NCBI GenBank assembly: GCA_023515795.1
Contig: JALGPX010000014.1
Span: 1-64,000 of the forward strand
Direction of reading: 5' to 3'
DNA length: 64,000 nucleotides
Origin: Amoeboaphelidium occidentale
Taxonomy: Eukaryota
The position numbers were made by a program, and so were the translations under genes. The notes below the pieces were generated by a model that was given only the letters and a program-made list of their open reading frames with translations, was not told the DNA's origin and did not search any database. Below are positions 11,472 to 22,095 of the stretch, piece after piece. The stretch's first letter is position 1, and every line of letters begins with the position of its first letter.

Positions 11472-13364
11472 TTATATGGTCCAACCCTGCGCTGCTCTCC
11501 CAGCTGATGTAACAAGATGACTAGGTGAGTTATGAAACAATGACTTCCACATGTATGCTTCACTTAGAAGTATCTCTACTTCTTTTTCTGTCCAGTCTTT
11601 TGAAGGGATAGACTGCAGGAATATAATCATGTCTTGGAAGTCTAGTTTCTTCAAGTGATCAGACCATTTAGCAAGAAAAGCGCCACAAACATAAACATGG
11701 AAATCCGAGAACCCATCGGGTCCTTCTGATAAATAAGTGTCCCACATTCTAATAACATTTTGTAATGAAAGCTCTCGCATGAGTAAACAGTTCATCCATC
11801 GAAACGCAAACTGGATAAAATCTATACCTTGAGCTTGAATGTGCGAGAATAGCTCAGCGTCAATTCTTCCTATCAATTCCTTCATTTTCTGTATTTGTCT
11901 CAAGATGCCTGGCTGACCGTGTGTGTAATTATCTTGTATTCCATCCAGAAGCTTGGATAGACACCAGAAAGTATCGGCTTCAGTAAATTGTAGTATATCC
12001 TCAGATATAGTGTCTAAATCGACATGTTCATCAATTTCATCCCTCCGAAGATGATACGACAGGAACACTTGAAAGAAAGGCGTGCATAAGTCATTGATAC
12101 CTTGAACATATCCGCTAGCTGGATGCCGAATAGCCCAGCAATAAAGAATCTTCTCAAGTGAATTTTGAATTCTAAGGTGTTGATAAAGTTTAATAGAAGG
12201 ATTTGTTCTTGGAACATCAATATGAATTTGGTGCCAAATGGTGTGATCAAGACCAGCTTGTCCTTTTGAGAAAGATTGTCGCACGTATTCGTTGTATTCA
12301 TTACGCTTTTTCAGAAGGGTCTGCTGTCGCCGCTCTGAATTAGAGGGAAGGTATCCCATTAAAAGTTGCCATGTTGTAGCCCTAAACTCATCAGGTATTC
12401 CATTCCAACTAAGCTTTCGAAGTTTTTCTAGATCAACTACAGGCTCTTCTACAAGTAACTTGAACTTGTCTATCCGTGCAATTTTGTTATTAAGTTTCAT
12501 GATCTCCGATGCAATTTTTTCCTCTATAGGCTCTTTGACCTTTTCCCCATTAGTTCCAATTATAACCCAGTCATCAGATTTTCCACCTGCGCCAGATGAC
12601 ATTTTCAGTTCAGTTGGTGAATGCAACAAGTTCTTCTTTTGATAAATTATTGGTTTTGATACCGGAATAGCTTCCGGCTCTGTGTCTTGTTTAGTCGCAG
12701 GAATATCACGTAAAACTCTGCCCTGGACTGGAACGATATTGGTGCTACTCCGTTCCGATTCAGGCTTTCCATCCTCAAGAGATAACGAAGAAACATCATT
12801 TCCACTTATAACTGAAGGATGTTTGGCTCTGGTACCAGGTCGAGATGACTTTGCTTGTGAAACGGTTGTTGAAGTTGAATCCGCCGAAGGTGAAGCGACT
12901 CCGCCACTGGAAGATGTGCTTCCTATCGATGACATTGAAGATTCCTGACGGAGAACAGCGGCATTTTTCGAAGATGAAGCTTTAGCCACTTCATCAGCCT
13001 CCGAGAACCAGTCATCCTTGGTCGTCTTCACAAAAGCTGGTTCACTCTTCGATGGGGAAGGCTTTTTAGAACCAGACATTGAAGAAGAAGCAGCAGAACT
13101 ATTATTCGAAGCTCCGGAATGCGATATCAAAGGTCTGTGACCCAAAGAGGCTGAAGATGCGCTTTGGAAGTAGTAAAAAGAGCTCGAATTTTGTGACACC
13201 CTAAAAGACTCAGATATTGTGATATAATTAGCCATTTACTTTTGTACCGGGACCCGCTTATCTTGCAAAAGTTTATCTGAGCCTTGTATGAACTTAATCG
13301 AGTGAGCCCCGTAGGACAGTTCCTCGTCTACAGATTCGTCTGGAACATGCATGTTGTTGGACAT
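11472..13364 (-). CDS. GYP1: TBC-domain Rab GAP (Gyp1/TBC1D22); 39-nt intron 13201-13239
   Basis: LSWNGIP, QIHIDVPRT, ASGYVQGINDL, QFAFRWMNCLLMRE; upstream exon MSNNMHV...PVQK splices in frame. Confidence 0.9.
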
Positions 13365-13933
13365 CTCAAGGTCACTATCACAAAAGCGTTGAAACAGGTC
13401 ATTAAACTGTTAAACTTCGATCTGAAATTTCTATTTCTTCTTAGGGATAATACATTAGAAACGTGGTTTTCTCTTTCTTGCAGTGTACTTCGTGTCTGGC
13501 TGTACGACGTCGCCTTTCTTTCTCCTGCTCTCCTTCTTTCTAAGAACCCACTGCCTATCTTTCACATTCTTCTTTTTTTTNAGGACAGTTCCTCGTCTAC
13601 AGATTCGTCTGGAACATGCATGTTGTTGGACATCTCAAGGTCACTATCACAAAAGCGTTGAAACAGGTCATTGGAGTCTGGGGAAACTTACGAAAAAGAA
13701 ACTTTATTAAATATATCACAGCGGGTCACTTTCGAAAATCAAATTNNNNNNNCATTAAACTGTTAAACTTCGATCTGAAATTTCTATTTCTTCTTAGGGA
13801 TAATACATTAGAAACGTGGTTTTCTCTTTCTTGCAGTGTACTTCGTGTCTGGCTGTACGACGTCGCCTTTCTTTCTCCTGCTCTCCTTCTTTCTAAGAAC
13901 CCACTGCCTATCTTTCACATTCTTCTTTTTTTT
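13313..13933. repeat. Duplicated GYP1 5' / BUD23 3' block around N at 13581 and 13746-13752
   Basis: 13313-13403 repeats at 13582-13672 and 13400-13580 repeats at 13753-13933; the first copy lacks about 80 bp. Confidence 0.85.
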
Positions 13934-14731
13934 CTTCCTGTGATGTTCCCTTTGCTTTTGAGCGTTTCTGATAGTTCCAGAGTTGGTCTCATGCTCGTGA
14001 ACTGATAAATCATCCCCGTCGTACTCGCCATCAATAGCCATTTCGTCTGTGCGCCCAGTTGGCAAGTCATAATCAATGGAGCCATGACCAGCGAATAGAC
14101 ACAAGAAGTACTTCTTTCTTTTAGAACTGTTAGGATAATCAACCACTAAACCACCACTAAATCCTGCTTGCATTGCTGTACCTGTGATCATTGCGGTTTG
14201 CTCAGCATTTTCTGGATAGAATTGGAACACCGCTCTTGCACCATGAGACAGCGACGAGTATAACGAAGTAAATAATCGCATGAGACGCTTTCTAGGATTC
14301 TGTACCTTGTAATCAGCATTGCACAACCATTGTAAGCACGAAATGCTAATCGCACCATCAAAACTTCCTGCGCGATACCCAACGCCTTGTCCAGCATCCT
14401 GTAGAAAAAGATCACCTTCAGCCTCGGATTCCTTAGCTACGTTCAACATGGACTCGCTTATATCAAGGCCAACCCAATAATGTCCGTATTCCTCCAATAC
14501 TTCACCACTAAGACCTGAACCACATCCAATATCCAAAAGCAGACAAGGTTTTCCTTCTGGCAAATTAAGAAGCTCTAATGCTCTTTCTGTCATTTCTCCC
14601 TGAATTTGTCGTATACGCGTATTTATTGTGTACTTCTTTGCCTCATCGTCATTATAATACTAGACTCAATTAGATCATTAATAAAGCTAAATGCTTACAA
14701 TTTCCGGAGGACTCTCGTGTTCAGGGCGCAT
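13808..14731 (-). CDS. BUD23: 18S rRNA m7G methyltransferase Bud23/WBSCR22; 39-nt intron 14660-14698
   Basis: Spliced [51 protein letters not shown]. Confidence 0.95.
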
Positions 14732-15181
14732 TGTGAATTCTGATTTATGATCTAAAAGAAAATCAGAAGATATCTTGCTTGAACAAAGTCTAGCAACTCT
14801 TGGGTAATATCATGCATCAGCTGTTTCACGTGCATTTTGCCCTAGTCAACTAAAATGCGATTTGTACGACCCAAACCTTTCTGGAATTGGCTGACCCTTG
14901 CGACATACTCCAGCCAATCAGACTGGAGATATATATAATCACCAATACGAACTCAAAAATGATTTCTCACCATTGAAAAACCCTTAGGAAACTTTACACT
15001 ATAAGATCTTTGTAAGACATTATGTATGGTGAGCTCTGATATCTTATGCTTGATATTAGATCTCGCCGTACATTGGCTTGCAATGACTTTGTACGGATAA
15101 GCTTTCTGCTTAAGGTCGTTAGTCTCTGCTAGTAATAGTCTTGATGCTAGCCTCTTTTATCGTATCATAAACTATTTATTA

Positions 15182-15685
15182 TCACTTCTGTAACCCGTTA
15201 CGCTTTAGGAACTGAACGACAGGGTCAGTCTTCTCAAAGTCTTCTAACCACTTGTCCAAATCTAAGCCTTGTAATCGAGCCTTTTCTCTCTGTTTGTGCC
15301 ACCACCATGAATAGGACATGATACCCATCATTATTAAGAACAGCGTGAAAGAGAACGTCCATAACGCAGCGGTCTTGGCCAATAACGCGAAAGCTCTGTG
15401 GTCCAATGGTGGAAACTCTTGTTGATTTTGAGCTTTTCCAAACTCTGCGTATTTATAAGGAGTATTAGGAAACTGGAGCTTGTCTGACTTCAAAGAGTCA
15501 TTAAGGCGTGATAATGGTTGAGTATTTGGCTTCTTAGCAGGTTCCAATGCGCTAGAAAAAGACCTCTTCGGAATAACTTGAAATCTTCTGAATTGTATTC
15601 CAGTTAAGCGCCCTGTGAAGATGTTCGAGCTTAGCTTTGGTATGGAGCGCGTATGAATAGGTTTTAAGAGGAATTTCCAAAACAT
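15182..15685 (-). CDS. Hypothetical single-TM protein with a mitochondrial-presequence-like N-terminus
   Basis: MFWKFLLKPIHTRSIP...RRF..KRSFSS is Arg-rich and acid-free; one hydrophobic segment. Confidence 0.55.
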   Translation of the reverse strand: MFWKFLLKPIHTRSIPKLSSNIFTGRLTGIQFRRFQVIPKRSFSSALEPAKKPNTQPLSRLNDSLKSDKLQFPNTPYKYAEFGKAQNQQEFPPLDHRAFALLAKTAALWTFSFTLFLIMMGIMSYSWWWHKQREKARLQGLDLDKWLEDFEKTDPVVQFLKRNGLQK

Positions 15686-15698
15686 TTGTCTGTGAAGA

Positions 15699-16259
15699 AT
15701 GAAATCAAGGATCTCGCTATGGCAGGGAGATATCACAAAGTTGGAAGTAGACGCAATTGTTAATGCGGCCAATAATTCTCTATTGGGTGGTGGCGGAGTC
15801 GATGGCGCTATTCATCGTGCAGCAGGGAAAGCCTTGTTGCAAGAATGTCGAAGTCTTGGTGGATGTGAAACCGGTGAGGCAAAAATAACTAAAGGCTATA
15901 AACTTCCAGCCAAGAAAGTTTTGCACACAGTTGGTCCGCGTGGAGAAAAGCCAGACCTCTTACGAAGCTGTTACTTATCATGCTTGAATTTGGCATTAGA
16001 AAGCGGTGTTAAAACCATTGCATTGTAATCATTGTTAAGTTTTCTTTTAATTTCATGTAGCCCTTGTATTTCTACAGGCGTATATGGTTATCCTCAAAAG
16101 TCTGCCGCTAATGTTGCTTGCGAAACGGTCTCAAAGTGGCTAGCTGAAAATGATGGTGTTCTTGAAGAGGTCATATTTTGTGTATTTCTCGATGAGGATA
16201 GAAGTATCTACGCTTCTGAAGGCCCAAAGTTCTTTCCAGACGTCTTTTCAATAAAATAA
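15699..16259 (+). CDS. MacroD-type macrodomain ADP-ribosylhydrolase; 36-nt intron 16025-16060
   Basis: [31 protein letters not shown]; splicing restores [14 protein letters not shown]. Confidence 0.92.
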
Positions 16260-16293
16260 GTTTGCTCTTGATGTTGTTTCATCCATATCTTTG

Positions 16294-17808
16294 ATGACAG
16301 ATCGCAACTCTGTAACACCCAGCCCTGTTCCTACAGTATCAACAGTGGAGAGACCACTTCTCAGTTCGCAAACTCCTCCAAGAGACTCAAGCCTAAATGC
16401 TCAACAGGCCCAGAGACCTCGACAACCCCAACAGCAATATACTCCTGAGCAGATTCGAGCGATCAGAGAGCAAAGACTTAGAGAAATGACTCCAGAACAG
16501 CGAAGACAATTGGAAGAAGAATGGAGAATGCAGCAAGCTCGTGCTCCTACAGATGCAGAAGAACTGAAGTATTATGTCGAACAGATTTATCATATCGTTA
16601 AGCCAGTGATTGCTTGTATCATTCTTTCTGTGTTCTGGGTCAAGACTTCATTAAATGGAAGTGATTTTAGACCAGTTCAAAGTGGATTTGCTGTTTACAA
16701 TGAAGAAAGTAGTGCATCTACAGAAGATCGACTTGCTGGATCATTATTAAACGCTGCAATCATAATCGGAGTGATCATTGCTGCCACTGTTCTCTTTGTG
16801 GTCATGTTTAAGTATGGTTGTAGATGGTTTCTATACTTGTACTTATTTGCATCTGTTGTTTTATTGCTGGGTTTTATTGGATTCCTGCTACTTCTGAACC
16901 TGATCCAAGTTTACTCTGTTCCTGTGGACTACATAACCATAATGTTTGCACTATGGAACTTTGCCGCTGGTGGTGTTGCCGTAATTTTCTGGAGAGGAAA
17001 TCTATGGATACAGCAGGCTTATTTAGTGGTCATGTCTTCCATGATGGCTTTTTCTCTGAATGGTTTGCAAGCATGGACAACATGGTTATTGTTGGGTGCA
17101 TTAGCAATTTGGGATTTGGTTGCTGTATTATGTCCTTATGGGCCACTTAGAATACTTGTTAATACTGCCAGAGAAGAAAATCGTGAGATTCCGGCTTTGC
17201 TTTATTCCGTTACTATGGTTTGGGTTGGCATGGCAGATGATAGTTCTATTGGTGGAAAATCTAAAAAATCTAAACGCGGTAGTGAAGGTTCATCGCCTAT
17301 TCCTATGAGTGATATCCGTGCTCAAGCTCAAGAAGACGGGGAAACTTTGCCTGGAGAACCCATGAAGGAGCCACCTTCTGGTATTAAACAAGCAGAAAGC
17401 AAGGCGCCATTATTGGAAGAGAAAGAATCAGACCCTGAACCACCACGTAGTGATACACAACAAGCTGCGCGACCTGCTGCTGCTGCTGCTCCCCAGAACC
17501 CTAACAATGAAGAACAACAAGAGGAAGAAGATGATGAAAAGTCCGGTTTAAAATTAGGGCTTGGAGATTTCATATTCTACTCTGTCCTGATTGCAAGATG
17601 CTCAATGGAGGACTGGGTTACGACAATTGCTTGTTTCATAGCTGTTATGGCAGGCCTCAATGCCACAATTTTCCTTCTTGCCATTTACAAGAAAGCTCTT
17701 CCGGCTTTACCAATTTCAATTGCGTTTGGCATCTTATTCTACTTCATAAGCTCATTTTTACTTAGTCCTTTTGTGCAGCAGCTTTTCTTAGACGGTGTTA
17801 TAATATGA
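16294..17808 (+). CDS. PSEN: Presenilin (gamma-secretase catalytic subunit, A22A)
   Basis: LAIWDLVAVLCPYGPLR, PALLYS, KLGLGDFIFYS, KALPALPISI. Confidence 0.92.
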   Translation: MTDRNSVTPSPVPTVSTVERPLLSSQTPPRDSSLNAQQAQRPRQPQQQYTPEQIRAIREQRLREMTPEQRRQLEEEWRMQQARAPTDAEELKYYVEQIYHIVKPVIACIILSVFWVKTSLNGSDFRPVQSGFAVYNEESSASTEDRLAGSLLNAAIIIGVIIAATVLFVVMFKYGCRWFLYLYLFASVVLLLGFIGFLLLLNLIQVYSVPVDYITIMFALWNFAAGGVAVIFWRGNLWIQQAYLVVMSSMMAFSLNGLQAWTTWLLLGALAIWDLVAVLCPYGPLRILVNTAREENREIPALLYSVTMVWVGMADDSSIGGKSKKSKRGSEGSSPIPMSDIRAQAQEDGETLPGEPMKEPPSGIKQAESKAPLLEEKESDPEPPRSDTQQAARPAAAAAPQNPNNEEQQEEEDDEKSGLKLGLGDFIFYSVLIARCSMEDWVTTIACFIAVMAGLNATIFLLAIYKKALPALPISIAFGILFYFISSFLLSPFVQQLFLDGVII

Positions 17809-17855
17809 ACCCAGCAATAGAATTTTCTTGATTTCTGAAACTGCGATTTTGTGAC

Positions 17856-19501
17856 ATGATTAGAATATTGCTAGCTTTTACAAGTGCAGCAAGCACTGTA
17901 ATGAACATACAGTCACTACCATGGTTCTATGCGGAAGCTTTCGAGTCCAATACGATCAAAGCTCTTCTAATTGTCGCTGTAGCCGTGTCAGTGTTTGAAG
18001 GCGTGGTCAGTTTCACAATCTTTGGGTTGCGATCGAGACTTGGAATTCCGGCTATTTTATTCTTGGCTATGTTGTACATCGTTCAAACTTTACTTAATTT
18101 GAGCGTTTGTTGGATATCGTGCAAGGACGAGTTCATTAATTCCGGGCTTAGAACCAAAATAATTATGGACCAAGCGATATCTGCTGGCGCATCGATAATT
18201 GCGACCATCCTACTGTTATTCTTGAGACCAATGGGAAGCTTCACTTCACAGTATGGCGATGGTGAACATAAAGAAGTTAGATCACAGTTTGGATTACTGA
18301 TTATTCTTGCTTCAATATACGTTTCCTTTGGCGGAATTCTGTTCAGTATTCTGGAAGGCTGGGATATTGACGAAGCTATATTTTTATGTTTTGCTTCACT
18401 TTGCACAATTGGTGCTTCAAATGTCCAGTTTGAGACGGACTTTGGGATGGCGGNNNNNNNNNNNNNNNNNNNGGCGGAATTCTGTTCAGTATTCTGGAAG
18501 GCTGGGATATTGACGAAGCGATATTTTTATGTTTTGCTTCACTTTGCACAATTGGTGCTTCAAATGTCCAGTTTGAGACGGACTTTGGGATGGCGGTATT
18601 TCCCGTTTACGCGATTTTTGGTTTGCTGCTGTTCGGCATGATAATAAGTTCGACAAGACTACTGATAATTGACTACTTATCCCAGCAGTTTTCTTTGAAA
18701 GCATACAAACTACTGAACTATTGGGCAATAGGAAGAGCTAATTCTTTGAATGGTTTAGTAAGCGAAGAGCAAGTGATGCTGTCCTTGCAAGAAAATTCAC
18801 GCGATTGTCAATTAACACAAGGCAATTCATCTTCTGTTTCAATAGTACCAACTCTTGAACCTGTTGAGGAAGAATCCAGAAGGCAGGAAGCTGTTAGTGA
18901 GTTTTCAGCATTACTGCCAATACCGGAAATTCCTCGTGAGAGAATCATGCCGGTTCAAGTTGACGCGATGAAACAAGGTGTTGAACCAATTACTATGCCT
19001 CCGTTGCAACCTCTTAGTTTCCGCCAGATACGCACCACACTGTCACATGCTTCTCTAAGAACACCTGCAACAGTTAAAGTTGCAACACCATTTCGCTTAC
19101 CATTACATACGATACAATCTGAAGTTGACCGTTTCAAGAATTCTTCATGCACCGCTACGCCTCGAGTACTGTACATTGAGCTAAGAAAAATGCTGGGAAA
19201 GTTTTTACTAGCCGGCTTAATTGCGCTATTATTTTACGTGTTGGTATTTTCTTTGGTCATATCTCGATTAGAGAGCTGGGACTTATCAGAGGGAATATTA
19301 TTCACGTTTAATTCCATAACAACAATTGGATCTGGTTCAGTGACATTAAAGTGTTTCTTGAGCAAGAATATTTTCATGGGCGGTATCACGACTGGTTTGG
19401 CATTGGTTGCATTCTGCGGGAGTTTGATGACTGAGATATTGTCTTCAGAGTGGCACATTCACGTGGAAGATGTTGCCATGACAAGCGATGAGCTGGAATA
19501 A
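17856..19501 (+). CDS. TOK-like two-pore-domain K+ channel homologue with degenerate filters; interrupted by N gap 18454-18472 and a duplicated block
   Basis: N-terminal TMs then two pore units LEGW..AIFLCFASLCTIGAS and LESW..GILFTFNSITTIGSG. Confidence 0.75.
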
Positions 19502-19520
19502 AAGGTCAATAAAAATTTCA

Positions 19521-20390
19521 TTATTTACTGTCAACGCTTTCATCAGCTGAAACAATTTTTAAAGCCAAATCATGAGGACAACATACGGTCTCTTCTGTGT
19601 CCCTCTTCTCAAGCGCCTGTTCTACGGCAAAAAGAAGGGCTTCAAACCGCTCACATTTCGTGCTTCCCTGATGATGCACTCTCAAATGATCAGAATACTT
19701 TTCGTAAAGACCCGGAATTAAAGAATCAACCGTGCTAACCGGCTTCGGTAACAGTTTCCTGAATACTGTACATGAGTTAGCGCTATGGCATCCATTGTGA
19801 ATGTGCTGACTCTTGGCCTCTTCCGCAGCTCGCGCTTGAGCACGGCCAGAAGTAGGAGGCGATGGGTATCCCTTATAAGCATTAAAAGCTGCAGCAGTTA
19901 TATCATCTGGCGAGCTTGTAGGATTATCTTTCAAATATGCAGTGATATCAAAGTCTCCACCAAGGCTCTGTACCGAAGAAGAATGATCAAACATATCAAC
20001 TTCCCAATTAAGCATGTGAGCATACGCTGAAGGAAGAGTTCTATCATTAAGGAGTACAGTTTGCTTAACTTCTTGCTGGCCTTTCTTCCCAGAGCAACAT
20101 GTACATATTCCAGTCAAAGAGCAACTGCATCGCCGGACATCCTTCTGCGGATCTTCAACGTATCCTCTCATCTTTCCACCAGGGCCATTATTAGCAAAGC
20201 GAGAATCAGCTTCACAGTAGCACTTTCCTCCGCTGCCCTTCTTTATCCTGCAGCTTTGGCAAGATGTTCTTGGTCGACCTTTCGGCAATATCTTAACAAG
20301 CGTGCGATCTTTATGTGTACATGAGGATGTACGATGTCCTCTAACGCACGCCTCACATGCATATTTCTGGCCATCGATAACTATTGGCAT
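19521..20390 (-). CDS. Copper-fist (Ace1/Haa1/Mac1/Cuf1-type) transcription factor
   Basis: MPIVIDGQKYACEACVRGHRTSSCTH...KGRP plus Cys clusters. Confidence 0.88.
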   Translation of the reverse strand: MPIVIDGQKYACEACVRGHRTSSCTHKDRTLVKILPKGRPRTSCQSCRIKKGSGGKCYCEADSRFANNGPGGKMRGYVEDPQKDVRRCSCSLTGICTCCSGKKGQQEVKQTVLLNDRTLPSAYAHMLNWEVDMFDHSSSVQSLGGDFDITAYLKDNPTSSPDDITAAAFNAYKGYPSPPTSGRAQARAAEEAKSQHIHNGCHSANSCTVFRKLLPKPVSTVDSLIPGLYEKYSDHLRVHHQGSTKCERFEALLFAVEQALEKRDTEETVCCPHDLALKIVSADESVDSK

Positions 20391-20552
20391 TCTTGCGTTT
20401 GCGATGAACAAAGAGTATGAAATTTGCTCAATCACTTCTGTGAAACTATTGGATTGCATCATCTGAAATCGCTCAGGGTAATCGCTGGGGGTGGCGCACT
20501 GTCAATTCGAACACGCCGAGGTTCATTGGAACATTTAGCAGGGGAAATATAC

Positions 20553-20879
20553 TCACAATTTATTCACATACTGAGCAAAATCGTACACATTTTGATTCCA
20601 TTGTGCTTTGTACCCCTCCAATAGACGGTGTACTTCAGCTGAAACTTCAGAAATGTGTGAACTGACTTTGCGTGAAAAAGTATTTGTATTGCGACTACTT
20701 GCACTGTCGCTTTGTGCTAAATCGGAGCTGATGTTCCCATTAATTGTGTTAAGTTCTCGCTTTATCTTCTTCAAGTTTTGCTGCAGTAGCTTTCTATTAT
20801 CATCTGCGCTTTGTAGAAATGTGTAAGAAAGTGCCAGTGTGCCTAAGAAGCCTGAAGCAAATGCAGATGGGATGTTCAT
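20553..20879 (-). CDS. Small membrane protein, possibly MICOS Mic12/Mic13-like
   Basis: N-terminal GFLG hydrophobic segment and C-terminal K-x2-WN-x2-V. Confidence 0.4.
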   Translation of the reverse strand: MNIPSAFASGFLGTLALSYTFLQSADDNRKLLQQNLKKIKRELNTINGNISSDLAQSDSASSRNTNTFSRKVSSHISEVSAEVHRLLEGYKAQWNQNVYDFAQYVNKL

Positions 20880-20928
20880 TTAAATTTGTTCTCGGAGAGG
20901 ATGTTACTGCGAGAAAACTGAATGGATT

Positions 20929-22047
20929 CTATTCAAGTCTCAGCTTTGCAACAAACTCAGCGTGCTTCCGTTCAGAAGTTTCAAAATACGCCTGCATTTC
21001 CTCACTGACATTGAAGAAAGCCAAGTGTTCCTGGCGTAAGTTAATCAAGACTTTGTTGGTTGTGCTTGTTGGAGATTTCACTGGAAGATCTTCAATAGAG
21101 TCGAGCTCTGAGGTATCATTTGTCATCCAGCTCCTTCTTACGCTATCAAAGTGCTCGTTCGTGTTATTCGAAAGGGGAACTTTGAAGTCTTTGAAATCGA
21201 TCGTGTTTGTGGATTTCCTTGAAGCTGGAAAGGATTGTAACTTTGTTGGTTCAATTTCCTCATCCAGCCATGCGCCAAAATCGTCTTCAAATTCTTTTAC
21301 TTCTTTAATTGCAAGTGCCTTTTCCTGCTCTTCCAATTCATCAAATCCATCGAATTCATCCTGAGTTATCTCTGGCTTGGATGTCGCTACAGGCTGTTTC
21401 AGCTCCAATTTCGCAAATGTGTCTTGTGTCATAGATTCCCCCGTAATGTCAATATCCCAGTTAAGTTCATCAAGACCTTCTTCGTCTTCTTTGATAGCTT
21501 GCGGATAATCAATCTTTTGTATGGGCGATACTGTGCCTGAGATTGTTACCGTAGCAACTTTGCTTTCAAACGAGGCCACAGACATTTGCTCAGCAATAGG
21601 ATCATGCTCAACAGCCCAACTGAAATCTTCCTCATCTTCTTTGGTTACAAGGGCCTCTGGTACTTTGTTTTCATCGTTGCTCAAGTCATGCTCTTCTTCG
21701 AAAGGTATTTCTCGCTCAGGACTGTCTTTCCTCTTGGAATTTTTCAGCAGCGGTGTGTTAAGGCTATCAGGCCTCTTAAGCTTTGCATTTGGTAAACTGG
21801 CAAGTAATGCTTCATAGTCTTGTTTCCACTGAATGTGATCATGTGCTTCTAGGTCCATTGCGGATAATGTCCCATTCTTAAAACCGACAACATCTTCCTT
21901 AAACTTTGTCAGCCTCTTTTCAAGATCATTAGCCTTCTTTCTGTAGAGCAGCAAGTTCAAATATTTTGCCATGATATGTGAAACAACGGTGCAGTTTGAG
22001 CCTGCAACAACTTCTCTGCTATTTTTAGAAGGATCACGCTTTTCCAT
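20929..22047 (-). CDS. Hypothetical acidic protein
   Basis: 372-aa ATG ORF; no recognisable domain. Confidence 0.6.
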   Translation of the reverse strand: MEKRDPSKNSREVVAGSNCTVVSHIMAKYLNLLLYRKKANDLEKRLTKFKEDVVGFKNGTLSAMDLEAHDHIQWKQDYEALLASLPNAKLKRPDSLNTPLLKNSKRKDSPEREIPFEEEHDLSNDENKVPEALVTKEDEEDFSWAVEHDPIAEQMSVASFESKVATVTISGTVSPIQKIDYPQAIKEDEEGLDELNWDIDITGESMTQDTFAKLELKQPVATSKPEITQDEFDGFDELEEQEKALAIKEVKEFEDDFGAWLDEEIEPTKLQSFPASRKSTNTIDFKDFKVPLSNNTNEHFDSVRRSWMTNDTSELDSIEDLPVKSPTSTTNKVLINLRQEHLAFFNVSEEMQAYFETSERKHAEFVAKLRLE

Positions 22048-22095
22048 TTTGACTTAGATTTGTCAGTTACTCACACTATCTAAACAGAAAAGATT

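Noticed and set aside
13284..14005. Plus-strand ORFs with apparently repeated peptides
   Set aside because: Antisense to BUD23/GYP1 and produced by the duplicated gap-flanking sequence
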